A DNA stretch of 64,000 bases from NCBI GenBank assembly GCA_963797555.1, contig CAWCPV010000014.1:469774-533773 (forward strand). The letters are read 5' to 3'. Below, piece after piece: positions 9,284 through 22,350 of this stretch (position 1 is its first letter; each line of letters starts with the position of its first letter). The notes under the pieces were generated by a model, which searched no databases, was not told the DNA's origin, and was given only the letters and a program-made list of their open reading frames with translations. Position numbers and translations under genes: made by a program. Source of the DNA: an uncultured Gammaproteobacteria bacterium. GTDB lineage: Bacteria; Pseudomonadota; Gammaproteobacteria; CAWCPV01.

Positions 9284-9309
9284 AGAGCCTCCTCCGGTTT
9301 CGCTAAGTG

Positions 9310-9387
<78 letters not shown>

Positions 9388-9430
9388 AGGTGACGCGGCA
9401 TTATACGGCACCGCCAGACGGCGGCCAAGG

Positions 9431-9787
9431 TCAACGGCGCAGCAGCACCAGCAGATCTTCCAGCTCCGCGCGTAGCTGCCGGACAATCTGTCGGCTCTGC
9501 TTGCCGTCCTCCCGGGCCTCACTGCCGGTCAGCTTCTGGCGCGCGCCGCTGATGGTAAACCCCTGATAATAGAGCAGATCCCGGATCTGTCGGACGACGA
9601 TGACATCCTGTCGCTGGTAGTAGCGGCGGTTACCCCGCCGCTTCACGGGCTTGAGCTGGGTGAACTCTTGCTCCCAGTACCGTAGGACATGGGGTTTTAC
9701 GGCACACAGCTCGCTGACCTCGCCGATGGTGAAATAGCGTTTGGGCGGTATGGGGGGCAGCTCGTTATTCTTTTCTGCTTCCAGCAT
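9431..9787 (-). CDS. MerR-family transcriptional regulator
   Basis: [28 protein letters not shown]...RRGNRRYY; standard gene after ihfA. Confidence 0.92.
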   Translation of the reverse strand: MLEAEKNNELPPIPPKRYFTIGEVSELCAVKPHVLRYWEQEFTQLKPVKRRGNRRYYQRQDVIVVRQIRDLLYYQGFTISGARQKLTGSEAREDGKQSRQIVRQLRAELEDLLVLLRR

Positions 9788-10067
9788 ATGCCTCGACCCT
9801 CGCACGCAGCTTCTGCCCCGGGCGGAAGGTCACCACGCGTCGCGCGCTGATGGGTATCTCCACCCCCGTCTTGGGGTTACGGCCGGGGCGCTGCCGTTTA
9901 TCCCGCAGGTCAAATTTGCCGAAGCCTGAAACCTTGACGGACTCCCCGGCCTCGAGAGCGGCACGCAGTTCCTCAAAGAATACTTCCACGATCTCTTTCG
10001 CCTCACGCTTGCTGAGACCAACCTCTTCGTACAGACGCTCCGCCAGTGCTGCTTTGGTCAACGCCAT
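9765..10067 (-). CDS. ihfA: Integration host factor alpha subunit
   Basis: MALTKA..., [37 protein letters not shown]. Confidence 0.97.
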   Translation of the reverse strand: MALTKAALAERLYEEVGLSKREAKEIVEVFFEELRAALEAGESVKVSGFGKFDLRDKRQRPGRNPKTGVEIPISARRVVTFRPGQKLRARVEAYAGSRKE

Positions 10068-12449
10068 GCTCCCCCCCTTAGTGTGGCCCCAACTTCATCG
10101 TGCAACTTCTTGATAACGCACTCTATAATAGCATCGACTTCCTGATCTGTCAGGGTCCTCGACAGGTGCTGTAGGGTAAGCCCCATAGCGACGCTCTTCT
10201 GGTTGGCATCTATCTCGGGGCCTTCGTAGAGGTCGAAGACAGTCAACTGGTGCAACACCTCCCCGGCCGCATCTGCGACACAGCGGCGGAGTTGCTCGGC
10301 TGAGACGGTCTCCTCCACGACGACGGCCACATCCCGGCGGATCCCGGGGAATTTGGAAAGCTCCTCAGAGTGCGGCAGGCACCCTGCGGCCAGAGGCGCC
10401 AAGTCCAGCTCAAACAGGCAGGGCGCAGTCGGCAGCTCCAATCGGCGAGTCAACCTGGGGTGTAGGGAACCCAGCCAGCCGATGGGGGTATCTCGGCACC
10501 AGATGCGCGCACACTGTCCCCGGTGTAACGCCGGGTGGTGCTCAGGGGCGAAGCGGAACTCCCCCCTGCAGCCGGAGAGCGCCAAGACCGCCTCTACGTC
10601 CCCTTTGAGGTCGAAGAAGTCCGCCGTGCGAGACTCGGCCCCCCACTGCTCGGGCAGAACGGGCCCCGAGCGCGACGGCCGCCCCGCGCTCGTGCTCCGC
10701 TATGCGGCCTCCGGCTTGCGGGTGGAAGATGACGCCCGTCTCGAACAGCCGTACCCGAGGCTGCTGACGCCGCACGTTGTACAGCGCCGCTGCCAGCAGG
10801 CCCGGCCAGAGACTGGTGCGTATGACCGCCATGTCGCTGGCCAGCGGATTGCTGAGCGCCAACGGCGCACGCTCCGGGTCTATGGACTCCTGCAGCTCCG
10901 CATCCACGAAGCTGTACGTGATGGCCTCATGATAGCCGCGGTCCGCCATCAGGCTTTGCACCCGTTCTCGGGTCACTCCGGCCTCCGGTCGCCGAGACAT
11001 CTGGAGGCGCACGGAGGGGATGGCCGTCGGGATTCCGTCGTATCCGCGGATGCGCGCCAACTCCTCTATCAGGTCCGCCTCGTTGGCGATATCGAACCGA
11101 AAAGAGGGAGCGCGCACCTCCCATCCCCACGCCGCCTCCGTGAGATCCATGCCGAGCCGGGTCAGGATGTCGCGTACCTCCTCCGCGGGGATCTCCACGC
11201 CGAGGAGTCGCGCGACGCGCGCCCGGCGAAGCGAGATCACCGGGCGGGATGGCAAATGCTCCCCAGAGGCCACCTCCACGATCGGTCCTGCCCGACCCCC
11301 GGCGATCTCGAGCAGCAAGCCCGTAGCCCGCTCCATCGCCCGGCGCGCAAGCTCGGGATCCACCCCCCGCTCGAACCGCCGCGAGGACTCCGTGGCCAGA
11401 CCGTAAGCCCGCGCGCGGCCAGCAATGGCCAGCGGATGGAAGAACGCGCTCTCCAGGAACAGGTCGCGGGTGGTCGTGCTGACGGCCGTGGCCTGGCCGC
11501 CCATGATGCCGGCAATGGCCTGGACCCCTTGCCCATCGGCAATCACCAGGGTGTCTTCCCGCAGAACGATCCGCTGCCCGTCCAGCGCGGTCAGTGCCTC
11601 TTGCGAGGCGGCGCGCCGTACCTCGATGTGCCCCGCCAACCGGCGCAGGTCGAAGGCGTGCATGGGCTGTCCCAGCTCCAGCATCACGTAGTTGGTCACG
11701 TCGACCACCGGGCCCAGGCTGCGTACGCCGCTGCGCCGCAAGCGTTCCCGCATCCAGAGGGGGCTCTCGGCGGTATCGTCGATGCCCCGCAGCACTCGGC
11801 CCAAATAACGCGGGCAGTCCGCTGCAGAGAGGACCTCGACCGGGAAATAGTCGTCGATCGCCGGTCGAACGTCGTGGATGTCCGGACCTGCCGCGACGCA
11901 GCGATGGATGGCCGCGACTTCGCGGGCGAGCCCCGCCACGCTCAGGCAATCCGCCCGGTTGGGGGTGACGTCCACGTCGATGCTGAGGTCATCCAGTTCC
12001 AGCGCCGCCGCCAGCGAAGCCCCGGGCTCGCCGTGCAGGAGCTCGAGGAGACCCTCGGAGCGATCCTCCAGGCCGAGCTCCTGCCCGGAGCAAAGCACCC
12101 CCTCCGACCGCACCCCGCGGACGTCCCGCACCTGGACTTGGAGCCCCCTCGGCAGCCGGGCACCGGGGAGAGCAACGGGGGCGAACAGCCCCGCACGCGC
12201 GTTGGGTGCGCCACAGACGACGGTGAGCGGCCGGTCGGTCCCCGCATCTACCCGGCACACGCTCAGGCGCTCCGCTCCCGGGTGCGGTCGGACCTCCAGG
12301 ATAAGGCCCACGACGACATCCGGCAGAGGCTCGGCCACGGGCTCGACTGCGTCCACTTCCAGACCCGCGAGGGTGAGCCGCGCTACCAGCTCCTGAGAGG
12401 AGACAGGCGGGTCTACCCATTCCCTGAGCCAGCGCTCGCTGAACCGCAT
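10058..12449 (-). CDS. pheT: Phenylalanine-tRNA ligase beta subunit (one +1 frameshift near 10664)
   Basis: [41 protein letters not shown]. Dropping one G restores [10 protein letters not shown]...[10 protein letters not shown] in frame with 10058..10585. Confidence 0.93.
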
Positions 12450-12451
12450 CG

Positions 12452-13591
<1,140 letters not shown>

Positions 13592-13948
13592 TCAGGACAG
13601 GGCGGCCTTGGCCTTTTCGGCTACCTGCCCGAACGCCTCTCGATCAAACACCGCCAAGTCCGCCAACACCTTACGGTCGATCGCCACGGACGCCTTCTGC
13701 AAGCCGTCCATCAGGCGGCTGTAAGACAGCCCGAACAGGCGCGCTGCGGCGTTGATGCGCACTATCCACAAAGCACGGAACTGCCGCTTGCGCTGCCGAC
13801 GGTCACGATAGGCATACTGACCGGCCTTGATGACCGCCTGGTTGGCGACGCGGAAGACCTTCCGGCGCGCTCCATAATAGCCCTTGGCCTGATCGAGCAC
13901 CTTCTTGTGCCTGGCGCGCGCCGTAACACCTCGTTTCACCCTAGGCAT
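13592..13948 (-). CDS. rplT: 50S ribosomal protein L20
   Basis: [16 protein letters not shown]...[17 protein letters not shown]. Confidence 0.98.
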   Translation of the reverse strand: MPRVKRGVTARARHKKVLDQAKGYYGARRKVFRVANQAVIKAGQYAYRDRRQRKRQFRALWIVRINAAARLFGLSYSRLMDGLQKASVAIDRKVLADLAVFDREAFGQVAEKAKAALS

Positions 13949-14025
13949 GTCGAATTACCTCCGAGACCGCCGTAGCCGGCGACCCACGTTCGTCTGCGGC
14001 CTCTGCAAAATCTCTGCAGAGGCCC

Positions 14026-14217
14026 TCAAGGCAAGAGGCGCCGCACCGCCCGTTCATCCGCCGCGTGGATTAGCGTCGTCACCCGCAACTGCCGCTTGCG
14101 TTTGCTGCTCTTCTTGGTGAGGATGTGATTGTGGTGCGACTGCGCCCGCTTGTAATGCCCGCCCGCCGTACGCGCGAACCGCTTCGCGGCCCCTCGATTG
14201 GTCTTCAGCTTTGGCAT
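14026..14217 (-). CDS. rpmI: 50S ribosomal protein L35
   Basis: [14 protein letters not shown]...[12 protein letters not shown]. Confidence 0.98.
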   Translation of the reverse strand: MPKLKTNRGAAKRFARTAGGHYKRAQSHHNHILTKKSSKRKRQLRVTTLIHAADERAVRRLLP

Positions 14218-14237
14218 CCTAAGACTCCATAACGGTC

Positions 14238-14756
14238 CTACTTCTTCCTCGGGGACAGCACCATCACCATCTGGCGTCCTTCCATCTTCGGGAACTGCTC
14301 GACAGCCGCCAGCTCGGTTAGCTCTTCCTCGACCCGCTGCAGGAGCTTCCGCCCCAGCTCAGGATGGGCCATCTCCCGGCCGCGAAAACGCAGGGTGACC
14401 TTCACCTTGTCCCCGTCGGTGAGGAATCGAACCATGTTGCGCAGCTTGATCCGATAATCGCCTTCGTCGGTCCCCGGGCGGAACTTCATCTCCTTCACCT
14501 GGATCTGTTTCTGCTTCCGCCTCGCCGCCTGTTGCTTCTTGCTCTGTTCGAACAAAAACTTACCATAATCCATTACCCGGCAGACTGGCGGATCCGCTTG
14601 CGGCGCAATCTCCACCAGATCCAATTCGGCGGTCTCCGCCGCACCCTGCGCCTCCTGTAAGGAGACTACCCCGACCTGCTGGCCGTCGGGCCCGATCAGC
14701 CGGACCTGCGGCGCAGTAATCTGCTCGTTGATGCGCGTATCTCTGTCGGCAGCGAT
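14238..14756 (-). CDS. infC: Translation initiation factor IF-3 (non-canonical ATC start)
   Basis: [15 protein letters not shown]..., [30 protein letters not shown]; GAGGAGG then ATC at 14756, in frame. Confidence 0.95.
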   Translation of the reverse strand: MAADRDTRINEQITAPQVRLIGPDGQQVGVVSLQEAQGAAETAELDLVEIAPQADPPVCRVMDYGKFLFEQSKKQQAARRKQKQIQVKEMKFRPGTDEGDYRIKLRNMVRFLTDGDKVKVTLRFRGREMAHPELGRKLLQRVEEELTELAAVEQFPKMEGRQMVMVLSPRKK

Positions 14757-14759
14757 ACT

Positions 14760-16715
14760 CTATCCCTCCTCAGTCCCCCGACTCCGGCTGGCGATGTCCT
14801 CGCTGAGGCGCCTGCGGAACTCGTCCAAAGGCATAGCTCCGAGGTCCTGCCCCTTGCGCGTCCGCACCGCGACGGCGTCAGCCTCGACTTCGCGGTCTCC
14901 GACGACCAATAGATAAGGAACCCGTTCCAGCGTGTGCTCGCGGATTTTAAAGCCGATCTTCTCGTTTCTCAAGTCTGAGATGGCGCGGAATCCCGCGGCC
15001 GAAAGCGCCCCCTCGACGCGGCTAGCATGGGCAGCCTGCCGGTCGGTAATGTTCATGACGACGACCTGCACCGGCGCCAACCAGGGCGGGAACGCGCCGC
15101 CGTATTCCTCGGTGAGGATGCCGATGAATCGCTCCATGGAGCCCAAGATCGCCCGGTGGAGCATGACCGGCACCTGCCGCGAGCTGTCTTCGGCAACGTA
15201 CTGGGCCCCAAGCCTTCCCGGCATGGAGAAATCCACTTGAATCGTACCGCACTGCCAGACCCTGCCGATGCAATCCTTGAGGGAGAATTCCAGCTTGGGT
15301 CCGTAAAACGCCCCCTCCCCGGGCTGAAGATCCCACGCCAGCTTCTGCGCATCGACGGCCTGCTCGAGCGCGTGCTCCGCTTTATCCCAGAGGACGTCCT
15401 CACCAACCCGCTGCTCCGGCCGGGTGGACAACTTCACCAGCACCTCGCGGAAGCCGAAGTCCTCATAGACCCGGTACAGCAGCTCAATGAAGGCGGCGAC
15501 CTCGTCTTGGATCTGCTCCTCCGTGCAGAAGATGTGGGCGTCATCCTGAACGAAGTTGCGCAGCCTCATCAGGCCGTGCAGTGTACCAGACGCCTCGTTG
15601 CGGTGGCACGAGCCGAACTCCGCCAGCCGCAGGGGCAGTTCCCGGTAGCTACGCACCCCCTGGTTGAAGATCTGGATGTGAGCCGGGCAGTTCATCGGCT
15701 TGATAGCGTAGTCCCGGTTCTCCGAGTGCGTGGTGAACATGTTCTCGGCGAACTTCTCCCAGTGCCCGGACTTCTCCCAGAGCGAACGGTCGATCACGGA
15801 CGGCGTGCGGATCTCCTGGTACCCGTGCTTGAGCATCACTGCCCGCATGTACCGCTCCACCTCCAGGTAGATGGTCCAGCCCTTGGGGTGCCAGAACACC
15901 ATCCCCGGCGCCTCCTCCTGGAAATGGAACAGATCCAAGTGCCTGCCGAGCCTGCGGTGGTCACGCCGCTCGGCCTCCTCTAGGCGCTTCAGGTGGGTAT
16001 CGAGGACCTTCCTGTCCGGCCAAGCGGTGCCGTAGATGCGCTGCAGCATCTCGTTGCGAGGATCCCCTCGCCAATAGGCGCCGGCCAGCTTGGTCAGCCT
16101 GAACGCCTTGAGCTTCCCTGTGCTGGGAACATGGGGACCGCGGCAGAGGTCGACGAAGTCACCCTGCCGATAGAGGGAAATAATCTCGTGCTTAGGGATA
16201 CTCTCGATGATCTCCGCTTTGTAAACCTCGCCTTGGCAGCGAAAGAATTCGATGGCCTCTTCGCGTGGCATCTCGGTGCGCATCACCGTCAGGTCCTGCG
16301 CCGCCAGATCCTCCATCTTGTGCTGGATGGCCGCCAAGTCCTCCGGTGTGAACGGCCGCTTGAATGCGAAGTCGTAGTAAAAGCCGTCATCCACCACCGG
16401 CCCGATGGTGACCTGGGCCTCGGGAAACAGCACCTTCACAGCCTGGGCCAGCAAGTGCGCGCTGGAGTGACGAATCACCTCCAGGCCTTCCGCGTCGCGC
16501 TCAGTCACGATGGACACCCGAGCGTCCTGGGCGATCACATAGGACAGGTCGACAAGCTTCCCGTCACACTTCCCAGCAATAGCCGCCCGCGCGAGGCCCG
16601 GACCGATAGCCTCAGCGACCTCCCGCACCGTGACCGGGGGATCGAATTCCATCCCCTTACCGTCCGGCAGCGTGACCTGGATCTTGGCAACTTGTTCGCT
16701 GCTACGCTCCAACAT
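14760..16715 (-). CDS. thrS: Threonine-tRNA ligase
   Basis: TGS domain (VTLPDG), [33 protein letters not shown]; start taken at ATG 16715. Confidence 0.97.
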   Translation of the reverse strand: MLERSSEQVAKIQVTLPDGKGMEFDPPVTVREVAEAIGPGLARAAIAGKCDGKLVDLSYVIAQDARVSIVTERDAEGLEVIRHSSAHLLAQAVKVLFPEAQVTIGPVVDDGFYYDFAFKRPFTPEDLAAIQHKMEDLAAQDLTVMRTEMPREEAIEFFRCQGEVYKAEIIESIPKHEIISLYRQGDFVDLCRGPHVPSTGKLKAFRLTKLAGAYWRGDPRNEMLQRIYGTAWPDRKVLDTHLKRLEEAERRDHRRLGRHLDLFHFQEEAPGMVFWHPKGWTIYLEVERYMRAVMLKHGYQEIRTPSVIDRSLWEKSGHWEKFAENMFTTHSENRDYAIKPMNCPAHIQIFNQGVRSYRELPLRLAEFGSCHRNEASGTLHGLMRLRNFVQDDAHIFCTEEQIQDEVAAFIELLYRVYEDFGFREVLVKLSTRPEQRVGEDVLWDKAEHALEQAVDAQKLAWDLQPGEGAFYGPKLEFSLKDCIGRVWQCGTIQVDFSMPGRLGAQYVAEDSSRQVPVMLHRAILGSMERFIGILTEEYGGAFPPWLAPVQVVVMNITDRQAAHASRVEGALSAAGFRAISDLRNEKIGFKIREHTLERVPYLLVVGDREVEADAVAVRTRKGQDLGAMPLDEFRRRLSEDIASRSRGTEEG

Positions 16716-17344
16716 CCGTTCAGACCCGAAAAAGGGGCGGCAGATGAACGCCGCCGCGTCCCGCACACCGCCTCCGTAAGCGGAAAAGGCACTGCCCAGC
16801 GCAGCGCGGTCGCTGGCAGGCGCCAGTGGGAGATGCCGAACGGCCACTGCGCCGTCAAGACTCCACCACAGGATCCCGCAGACCGTCTCTCGAGCGATCG
16901 CTTTCAGACCGCTACCACTAGTGGACTCGTGGCGGTATATTGCAGCCTCACGGGACGCCCTGCCCAACACACTCTGCACAGCCGACTCGGTTACCCGGCG
17001 GGATGCCAACAACCGACGCAACCCACGTGCGACGGGGCCAGTGGTCGAAATGTCCTGGGTAGCAACCAAACAACCAAACGGTTGGGTGGAGTAACCCAAC
17101 AGACCCGATTGTTCGGTCAGCGCCACTCGCGTCCCGGGACGCGACTTGTGCAGAAGGCCGTGTGGTGACGGACAGTTTACACCGACGATCCACGGGCCGC
17201 TATATCGTCTCACTCACGCCACGGGCAGCCGGCTACGACCATCTGGACGCGAATGGCTAACAGGTCCGCGGGTCCACTCCAGACCGCCATTCATCGACGG
17301 ACTTTGACGGGAGTGCGCGGTGGGGCCAGGGTAAATTTACACCT

Positions 17345-17588
17345 AGAACCTCGGTCACGTGGCCAAGGACTTGGTGCTACCACTGGCTGATCTGGGTCGC
17401 ATGAACCGTTACTCGCTGGCAAAGCTGGGCGGTGGTCTTCAGCCCTCGGATCGCCTCAAGGGCAACGCGGGCCTTGAGCCCGGCGTTATGACGTTTTCGG
17501 GGTCTGGACATGGTCGAAGGCTCCTGTCAACCGACATTGTGCCATCAACCCCTTTCTTTTCCATCTGTCCAGGATCGAGGGTCCACAG
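17345..17588 (-). mobile_element. IS3-family remnant (left end plus stop-truncated OrfA)
   Basis: Minus strand TGTGGACCCTCGATCCTGGACAG end, then ATG 17511 MSRPRKRHNAGLKARVALEAIRG...ISQW*. Confidence 0.7.
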
Positions 17589-17590
17589 AG

Positions 17591-20500
17591 CTGGCTCCGG
17601 AAATCTGTACGGCGGGATAAGTGGTAGGGGATGAACCGCTTTATCATGGCGATGCTATTGAGAGGAGCGGCAAATGAGTGGCAAGAGGCGCAATCATGGA
17701 GCGGGATTCAAGGCAAGGGTGGCACTGGCGGCGATCAAGGGCGACAAGACCTTGGCGGAGTTATCGGCGCAGTTTCAGGTTCATCAGAGTCAGATCCTGG
17801 CGTGGAAGCAGCAGTTGCAGAGCCGCGCTGACGAGGTGTTCGAGCGGGAACGCAAGTCCGAATCGGGGCCGTCGGTGAAGGACATGCAGGCGAAGATCGG
17901 GCAGCTGACGCTGGAGAACGATTTTTTGTCCGTCGCGCTCGGTCGCATCGGCGATGCGACAAAGCGATGATCGACAAGGTGGCCGAATTGCCGCTGACGC
18001 GGCAGTGCCAGCTCCTGGGGCTCTCGCGCTCATCCCAGTACTACCGGGCGGTGGCGGTGTCGGCGCGGGATCTGGCGCTGATGCGGGCAATCGACGAGCT
18101 GCACCTAAAGCACCCGTTCTATGGCAGCCGGCGCATGCGCGGGGCGTTGCGCGACGAGGGCTTCGAGGTCGGCCGGCGCCACGTCCAGACATTGAGGGAC
18201 AAGATGGGAATCGAGGCGTTGTACCGCAAGCCGCGGCTCTCGGATGCGCACCCCGGCCACAAGGTATGGCCCTACTTGGCTAGCGTGATGTAGTGGTCAC
18301 CCGACCCAACCAGGTCTGGGCTACGGACATCACGTACATTCCCCTGGCCAAGGGCTTTGCCTATCTGGTGGCGATCATCGATTGGTGCTCGCGCCGGGTG
18401 CTGGCCTGGCGGCTTTCCAACTGCATGGACACCTCCTTCTGTATGGAGGCGCTGGAAGAGGCGCTCATGCTCCACGGACGCCCCGAGATCTTCAATACCG
18501 ACCAGGGCAGCCAGTTCACCGACAAGGATTTCACGAGCGCGCTCCTGGCTCATGACATCCGCATCAGTATGGACGGACGCGGGCGCTGGATAGATAACGT
18601 TTTTGTCGAGAGGCTGTGGCGCAGCGTGAAGTACGAAGAAGTGTATCTGAAGGCGTACGAGTCGATCCTGGACGCCAAGCGCCAACTCGGCCGGTACTTC
18701 ACTTTCTACAATCAACGACGCCGGCATCAAGGGCTAGGAGACCACCTGGATCCGTGACTTGAATCTCCGAGCGCCCGGGGCGCGAGAGAATGGGAGCTAT
18801 TCTCAGTTGAGTTGGTTAGTTTTTAGCCAACCGGTGACGCCGGCTATGTACAGCGGGCGTAGACCCTCGTCGGCGCAGGAGTGACGGCGGGGCTTTGAGG
18901 CTTGGACGCTGAATTTCGGGCGTAGGTTTACACCGGGGTCTGGTGAGGCCCGGGTCGAGTTTCTATGGAGGTCGTCCTAGCTACCCGAAGGCGAGTTGGT
19001 AATACACCTGCTCGAAGGCGCGGAAGCCGGGACAGAGCCGGCTGAAGCGCAGCTTCAGTCTGCGGGCGGTGGCGACCAACCGGGCGGCGAGGTACATCAG
19101 TTCCTGGAGGACGGTCTTGATCCGCCGGCGCTTGGCCGGATGGCGCAGGGGAGCCGACTCGCCGGTCAGCCCGATGAGTCCGATGAAGCGCAGGATGTTG
19201 TAGGCGAACACGGCAAAGGCGAGCACCAGGTCATTGGTGTCGAATTTCCCGGAGGGCAGCCGTTCGATATCGAGGTCGGTCTTGAACTCGCTGTGGAACT
19301 GCTCGGAGGTGCCGTGGTCACGGTACAGGGCGACGATCTCCGCGTCCGGATAGGCGAGCGAGGTCCACCAGCCATCGAGCTCCAGCTCCGGTACCAACAG
19401 CGCCTGGCCCTTCTTGTCGATGGTGCGCTCGGTCACCCGCATCACCCGGCGAACGTGGTAGGTGTGCTCCCGATGGGGGTGCTCCTCGACGACGCTGAAC
19501 AGCGCCACGCGCTTGCCGGGTCGGGGTGTCTCCCATGCCCCTTGGCGCTCGGCGCGCTCCAGCCAATGGGCAGGGTCCTCGCCCCGAGGGTTCCACTGGA
19601 TAATGAAGTCCACCTCCTCTTCGAGGTAGCGCAGCCGGTTCTCCAAGGCGTTGTGGGCGCTGTCCTGGCGCACCAGCAGCGGCAGTTTGGTCAGGCGCCT
19701 GGCCCGCGGCAGGATGCGCTCCCAGACCTAGCCGAATTCCTTCTGACTGTGCTGCTTGCCTTCTCGCAGCTCACAGCCGACGCACCACCCTTCGGTTCCC
19801 ACATAGGTCGCGATCGGCGCATAACCGTCATAGCCGTGGTAGGTGCGCGAGACTCCTTCTTGCTTGGTCCCGGAGTTGTCCATGGGAAAGACATCGATGT
19901 CCACCGGCACATGACCGGTCTTGAGCGCACTGACCGGTGCCTTGGCGTTGACCATGAACTCGATATCGGCCTCGTCAATGACCTCCCGCAGGACCGCTGC
20001 GTGCTCGTCGAGACGCTGCCTCAGCGTTTCTGGCGAGGGTACCCGCTCCAGCCCCAACGCCTGGCGGAAGAAATCGTCCTCTCGGACGTTGGAGACCGCT
20101 TCGAAGTCGCTCTTGCCCAAACACATCAACCCCAGATAGCTCTTGGCTACGTCTTCATGGGAGATGCCGTGGCGTAGCGGGATCGCCTGCTTCAGCGCCT
20201 TGCCCAACCCGCTAAAGCGGTTGACGCAAAGACCGACCAAGGCCAGACCAGAATGGGAGGTGTAAAATTCCTCATCGGACTGCTCCAAGATGAACCGCTT
20301 CATCGTTCACCTGCCGGGTGAGCTGGAGTGCGGCCCGATTTTAGCTGAACTGCAATGATAAATCAGCAGGTTGCGGCCATCCGCTGAGACGCGAAGTCAC
20401 GGAATCAGGGACCAGACACCGGACGCCGTGTATTATGGGCAGCAAGACGAAAAGCTCGCGGCCTGAACGCGAGTTACCCACCGGGCCGCTCGCCTCCCGC

Positions 20501-20594
20501 CTGAGAAGGGCGGGCGGCGGCCCCGTGGATAACTCTGCACCCGCGGTTCACCATCTACAAAATCGATTCCTCTGTTCAGAGAATCGGAGCCACA
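17591..20594 (+). mobile_element. IS3-family element (OrfA 17674-17970; OrfB frameshifted near 18280 and interrupted by IS1380)
   Basis: OrfA FKARVALAAIKGDKTLAELS; OrfB WATDITY, NTDQGSQF, DNVFVERLWRSVKYE. Ends TGGCTCCG.../...CGGAGCCA. OrfB tail QTPDAVYY resumes after 20414. Confidence 0.88.
18745..20409 (-). mobile_element. IS1380-family element nested in the IS3; transposase 18981..20303 has an in-frame TAG at 19728
   Basis: IRs CCTGGATCCGTGACTT / AAGTCACGGAATCAGG; 5-bp duplication GACCA (18740-44, 20410-14); motifs TSHSGLAL, DIDV, YHGYDGYAP, LREGKQH, RQDS, GTSEQFHSEFK. Confidence 0.9.
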
Positions 20595-20642
20595 TCACAC
20601 TTCAGAACAAATTTGCCCTGATGTGAGCACCGCGTTCCGTTC

Positions 20643-20663
20643 AGCATAGAATAATAGTATGCT
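20643..20663. promoter_or_regulatory. Palindromic operator candidate upstream of the ArsR gene
   Basis: AGCATA-N9-TATGCT in an AT-rich patch about 50 bp before the ATG. Confidence 0.4.
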
Positions 20664-20709
20664 AATTTGTTTGCTTCGATGGCATGTGCGCCACAGGGGC
20701 CCGGCTGCG

Positions 20710-21033
20710 ATGATGGACACCCACAACATGACGGTCGTCATGCAAGACAGCGACATCGAACGCACCTGCCGGTCGATGAAGGCTATGTGTCACCCGCTGC
20801 GGCTGAAGATTCTCTGCGTTCTGGGGGACGGGGAACTCAGCGTACAGGACATCGTGGAGGCTGTGGGCACATCCCAGAGCAACATATCACAGCATCTGGC
20901 CATCCTGCGCGAGAAGGGCATCTTATCGTCTCGCAAGGAGGCCAATCGCGTCTTCTACCGGATCGCAGACTTCCGCACTGTTCATCTGATGGGCCTTATG
21001 CGTGAAGTCTTCTGCGCTTACAATCCGGCATGA
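20710..21033 (+). CDS. ArsR/SmtB-family repressor, BigR/SqrR/YgaV-like
   Basis: HPLRLKILCVL...SQSNISQHLAILR...VFYRI...EVFC; Cys in helix 2 plus C-terminal Cys, as in persulfide sensors. Confidence 0.88.
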   Translation: MMDTHNMTVVMQDSDIERTCRSMKAMCHPLRLKILCVLGDGELSVQDIVEAVGTSQSNISQHLAILREKGILSSRKEANRVFYRIADFRTVHLMGLMREVFCAYNPA

Positions 21034-21083
21034 TGACGACCGCGCGGTGCATCGCATAATCCCATGACTTATGAGTGCGCTCG

Positions 21084-21227
21084 GAGCCTGTGAAGAGACC
21101 GTCGCGGGCGGCCGGAGAACAAGGCGCACGGAGCCGCCCGGGCAAGACAATATCCGGGCGATACGGCGAGGACCGGGCGCCAGCGCAGCGCTGGTATCGG
21201 GCGCGGAGCAGATGTCTTCACAGGCTC
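21084..21227 (+). repeat. MITE-like element, short copy
   Basis: TIR GAGCCTGTGAAGA...TCTTCACAGGCTC; shares cgtcgcg...caaggcgcacggagc with the copies at 30120 and 39268. Confidence 0.75.
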
Positions 21228-21298
21228 TCCGCCCGTCGTCGGAGCAACCCGTGTATACTTTGCCATGATTGAGCCTGACGTGTGGGAGGCGGATTACG

Positions 21299-21511
21299 AT
21301 GACTACTGAACGCGTGGTTCGAATCGTCGCGGGCACGTTCATCGTGGCCTCGTTGCTACTCGCCCGTTATCACAGCCCCAACTGGCTGTGGTTTACTGCA
21401 TTCGTGGGCTTGAACTTACTTCAAAGCGGGTTCACTCGTTTCTGTCCGCTGGAGCTGATCCTTAGGAGGCTTGGGGTGTCCTCAGCGGATGCACAGCTCG
21501 GGACCCACTAA
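21299..21511 (+). CDS. DUF2892 / YgaP-like membrane protein
   Basis: ERVVRIVAG...WLWFTAFVGLNLLQSGFTRFCP. Confidence 0.85.
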   Translation: MTTERVVRIVAGTFIVASLLLARYHSPNWLWFTAFVGLNLLQSGFTRFCPLELILRRLGVSSADAQLGTH

Positions 21512-21635
21512 ATGACCTAGCGGGTAGCACCGGCCGGGACAGCCATAAGAGGCTGCCGCGCGCTGTTTCGGCGGCGGCGTGCGCCGCCGATGGGGCAGGT
21601 GCCGGAGCCCTGCACTGCAGCACCCACCGTCTCCC

Positions 21636-22064
21636 ATGGAACAATTCGCCACCTTCGTCGTTCACCATTGGCCCCTCTTCGCCGCCCTGGCGGTCATCTT
21701 GGCGCTTCTAGCCGGTACCAGCCTGGGCGCAGGATTACAGGGCATCAAGGAGGTCGAGCCCATTGAAGCCACGCAGTTGGTGAATCATGCGGGCGGGGTG
21801 TTCCTCGACACCCGCACCCCCGAGGAGTATCGCCAGGGGCACGTCGTCAATGCGATCCACCTTCCACTCGCGCAGTTGTCGGAGAGCCTCAAGCGTTTGG
21901 ACAAGTACCGGGCCAAGCCGGTAATAACCGTGTGCCGTTCTGGAAGCCGTTCTCTCCAGGCAGGCCGGCTCCTGCGCCAACACGGCTTCGAGAACGTTCA
22001 CAACCTGAAGGGCGGCATGCAGGCATGGGGGGCGGCCAATCTGCCGGTGACCACCAAGGGCTAG
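21636..22064 (+). CDS. Membrane-anchored rhodanese-like sulfurtransferase (YibN-like)
   Basis: N-terminal TM segment, LDTRTPEEYRQGHV, active loop CRSGSRS, LKGGMQAW. Confidence 0.9.
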   Translation: MEQFATFVVHHWPLFAALAVILALLAGTSLGAGLQGIKEVEPIEATQLVNHAGGVFLDTRTPEEYRQGHVVNAIHLPLAQLSESLKRLDKYRAKPVITVCRSGSRSLQAGRLLRQHGFENVHNLKGGMQAWGAANLPVTTKG

Positions 22065-22073
22065 CCAGAGCGC

Positions 22074-22350
22074 ATGGTCAGAGTCGAAATCTACTGCACA
22101 GATGAGTGTTCGTATTGCGGGCGAGCCAAGCGCCTACTCGAGGCCAAAGGAGTTTCTTACACCGAGTGGCGCGTGGACCAAGCCTCCGAGCTGCGCACCG
22201 AGATGGAGACGCGTAGCGGACGGACTTCGGTCCCACAAATATTCCTGGACGACCGCCACGTCGGCGGTTTCGACGAGCCTCTCCGAGCTGGACGTCGAAG
22301 GCGAGCTGGATCGCCTCTTGGGGATCGGGAGCTCGGCAGGATATGGCTGA
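22074..22350 (+). CDS. grxC: Glutaredoxin 3 (apparent +1 frameshift near 22278)
   Basis: CSYC, SVPQIF, HVGGFDE; removing one C gives ...DELSELDVEGELDRLLG...* at 22350. Confidence 0.85.

Noticed and set aside
16716-17213. 166-aa N-terminal extension on ThrRS
   Set aside because: Low-information open frame before the TGS domain with no motif; treated as leader DNA.
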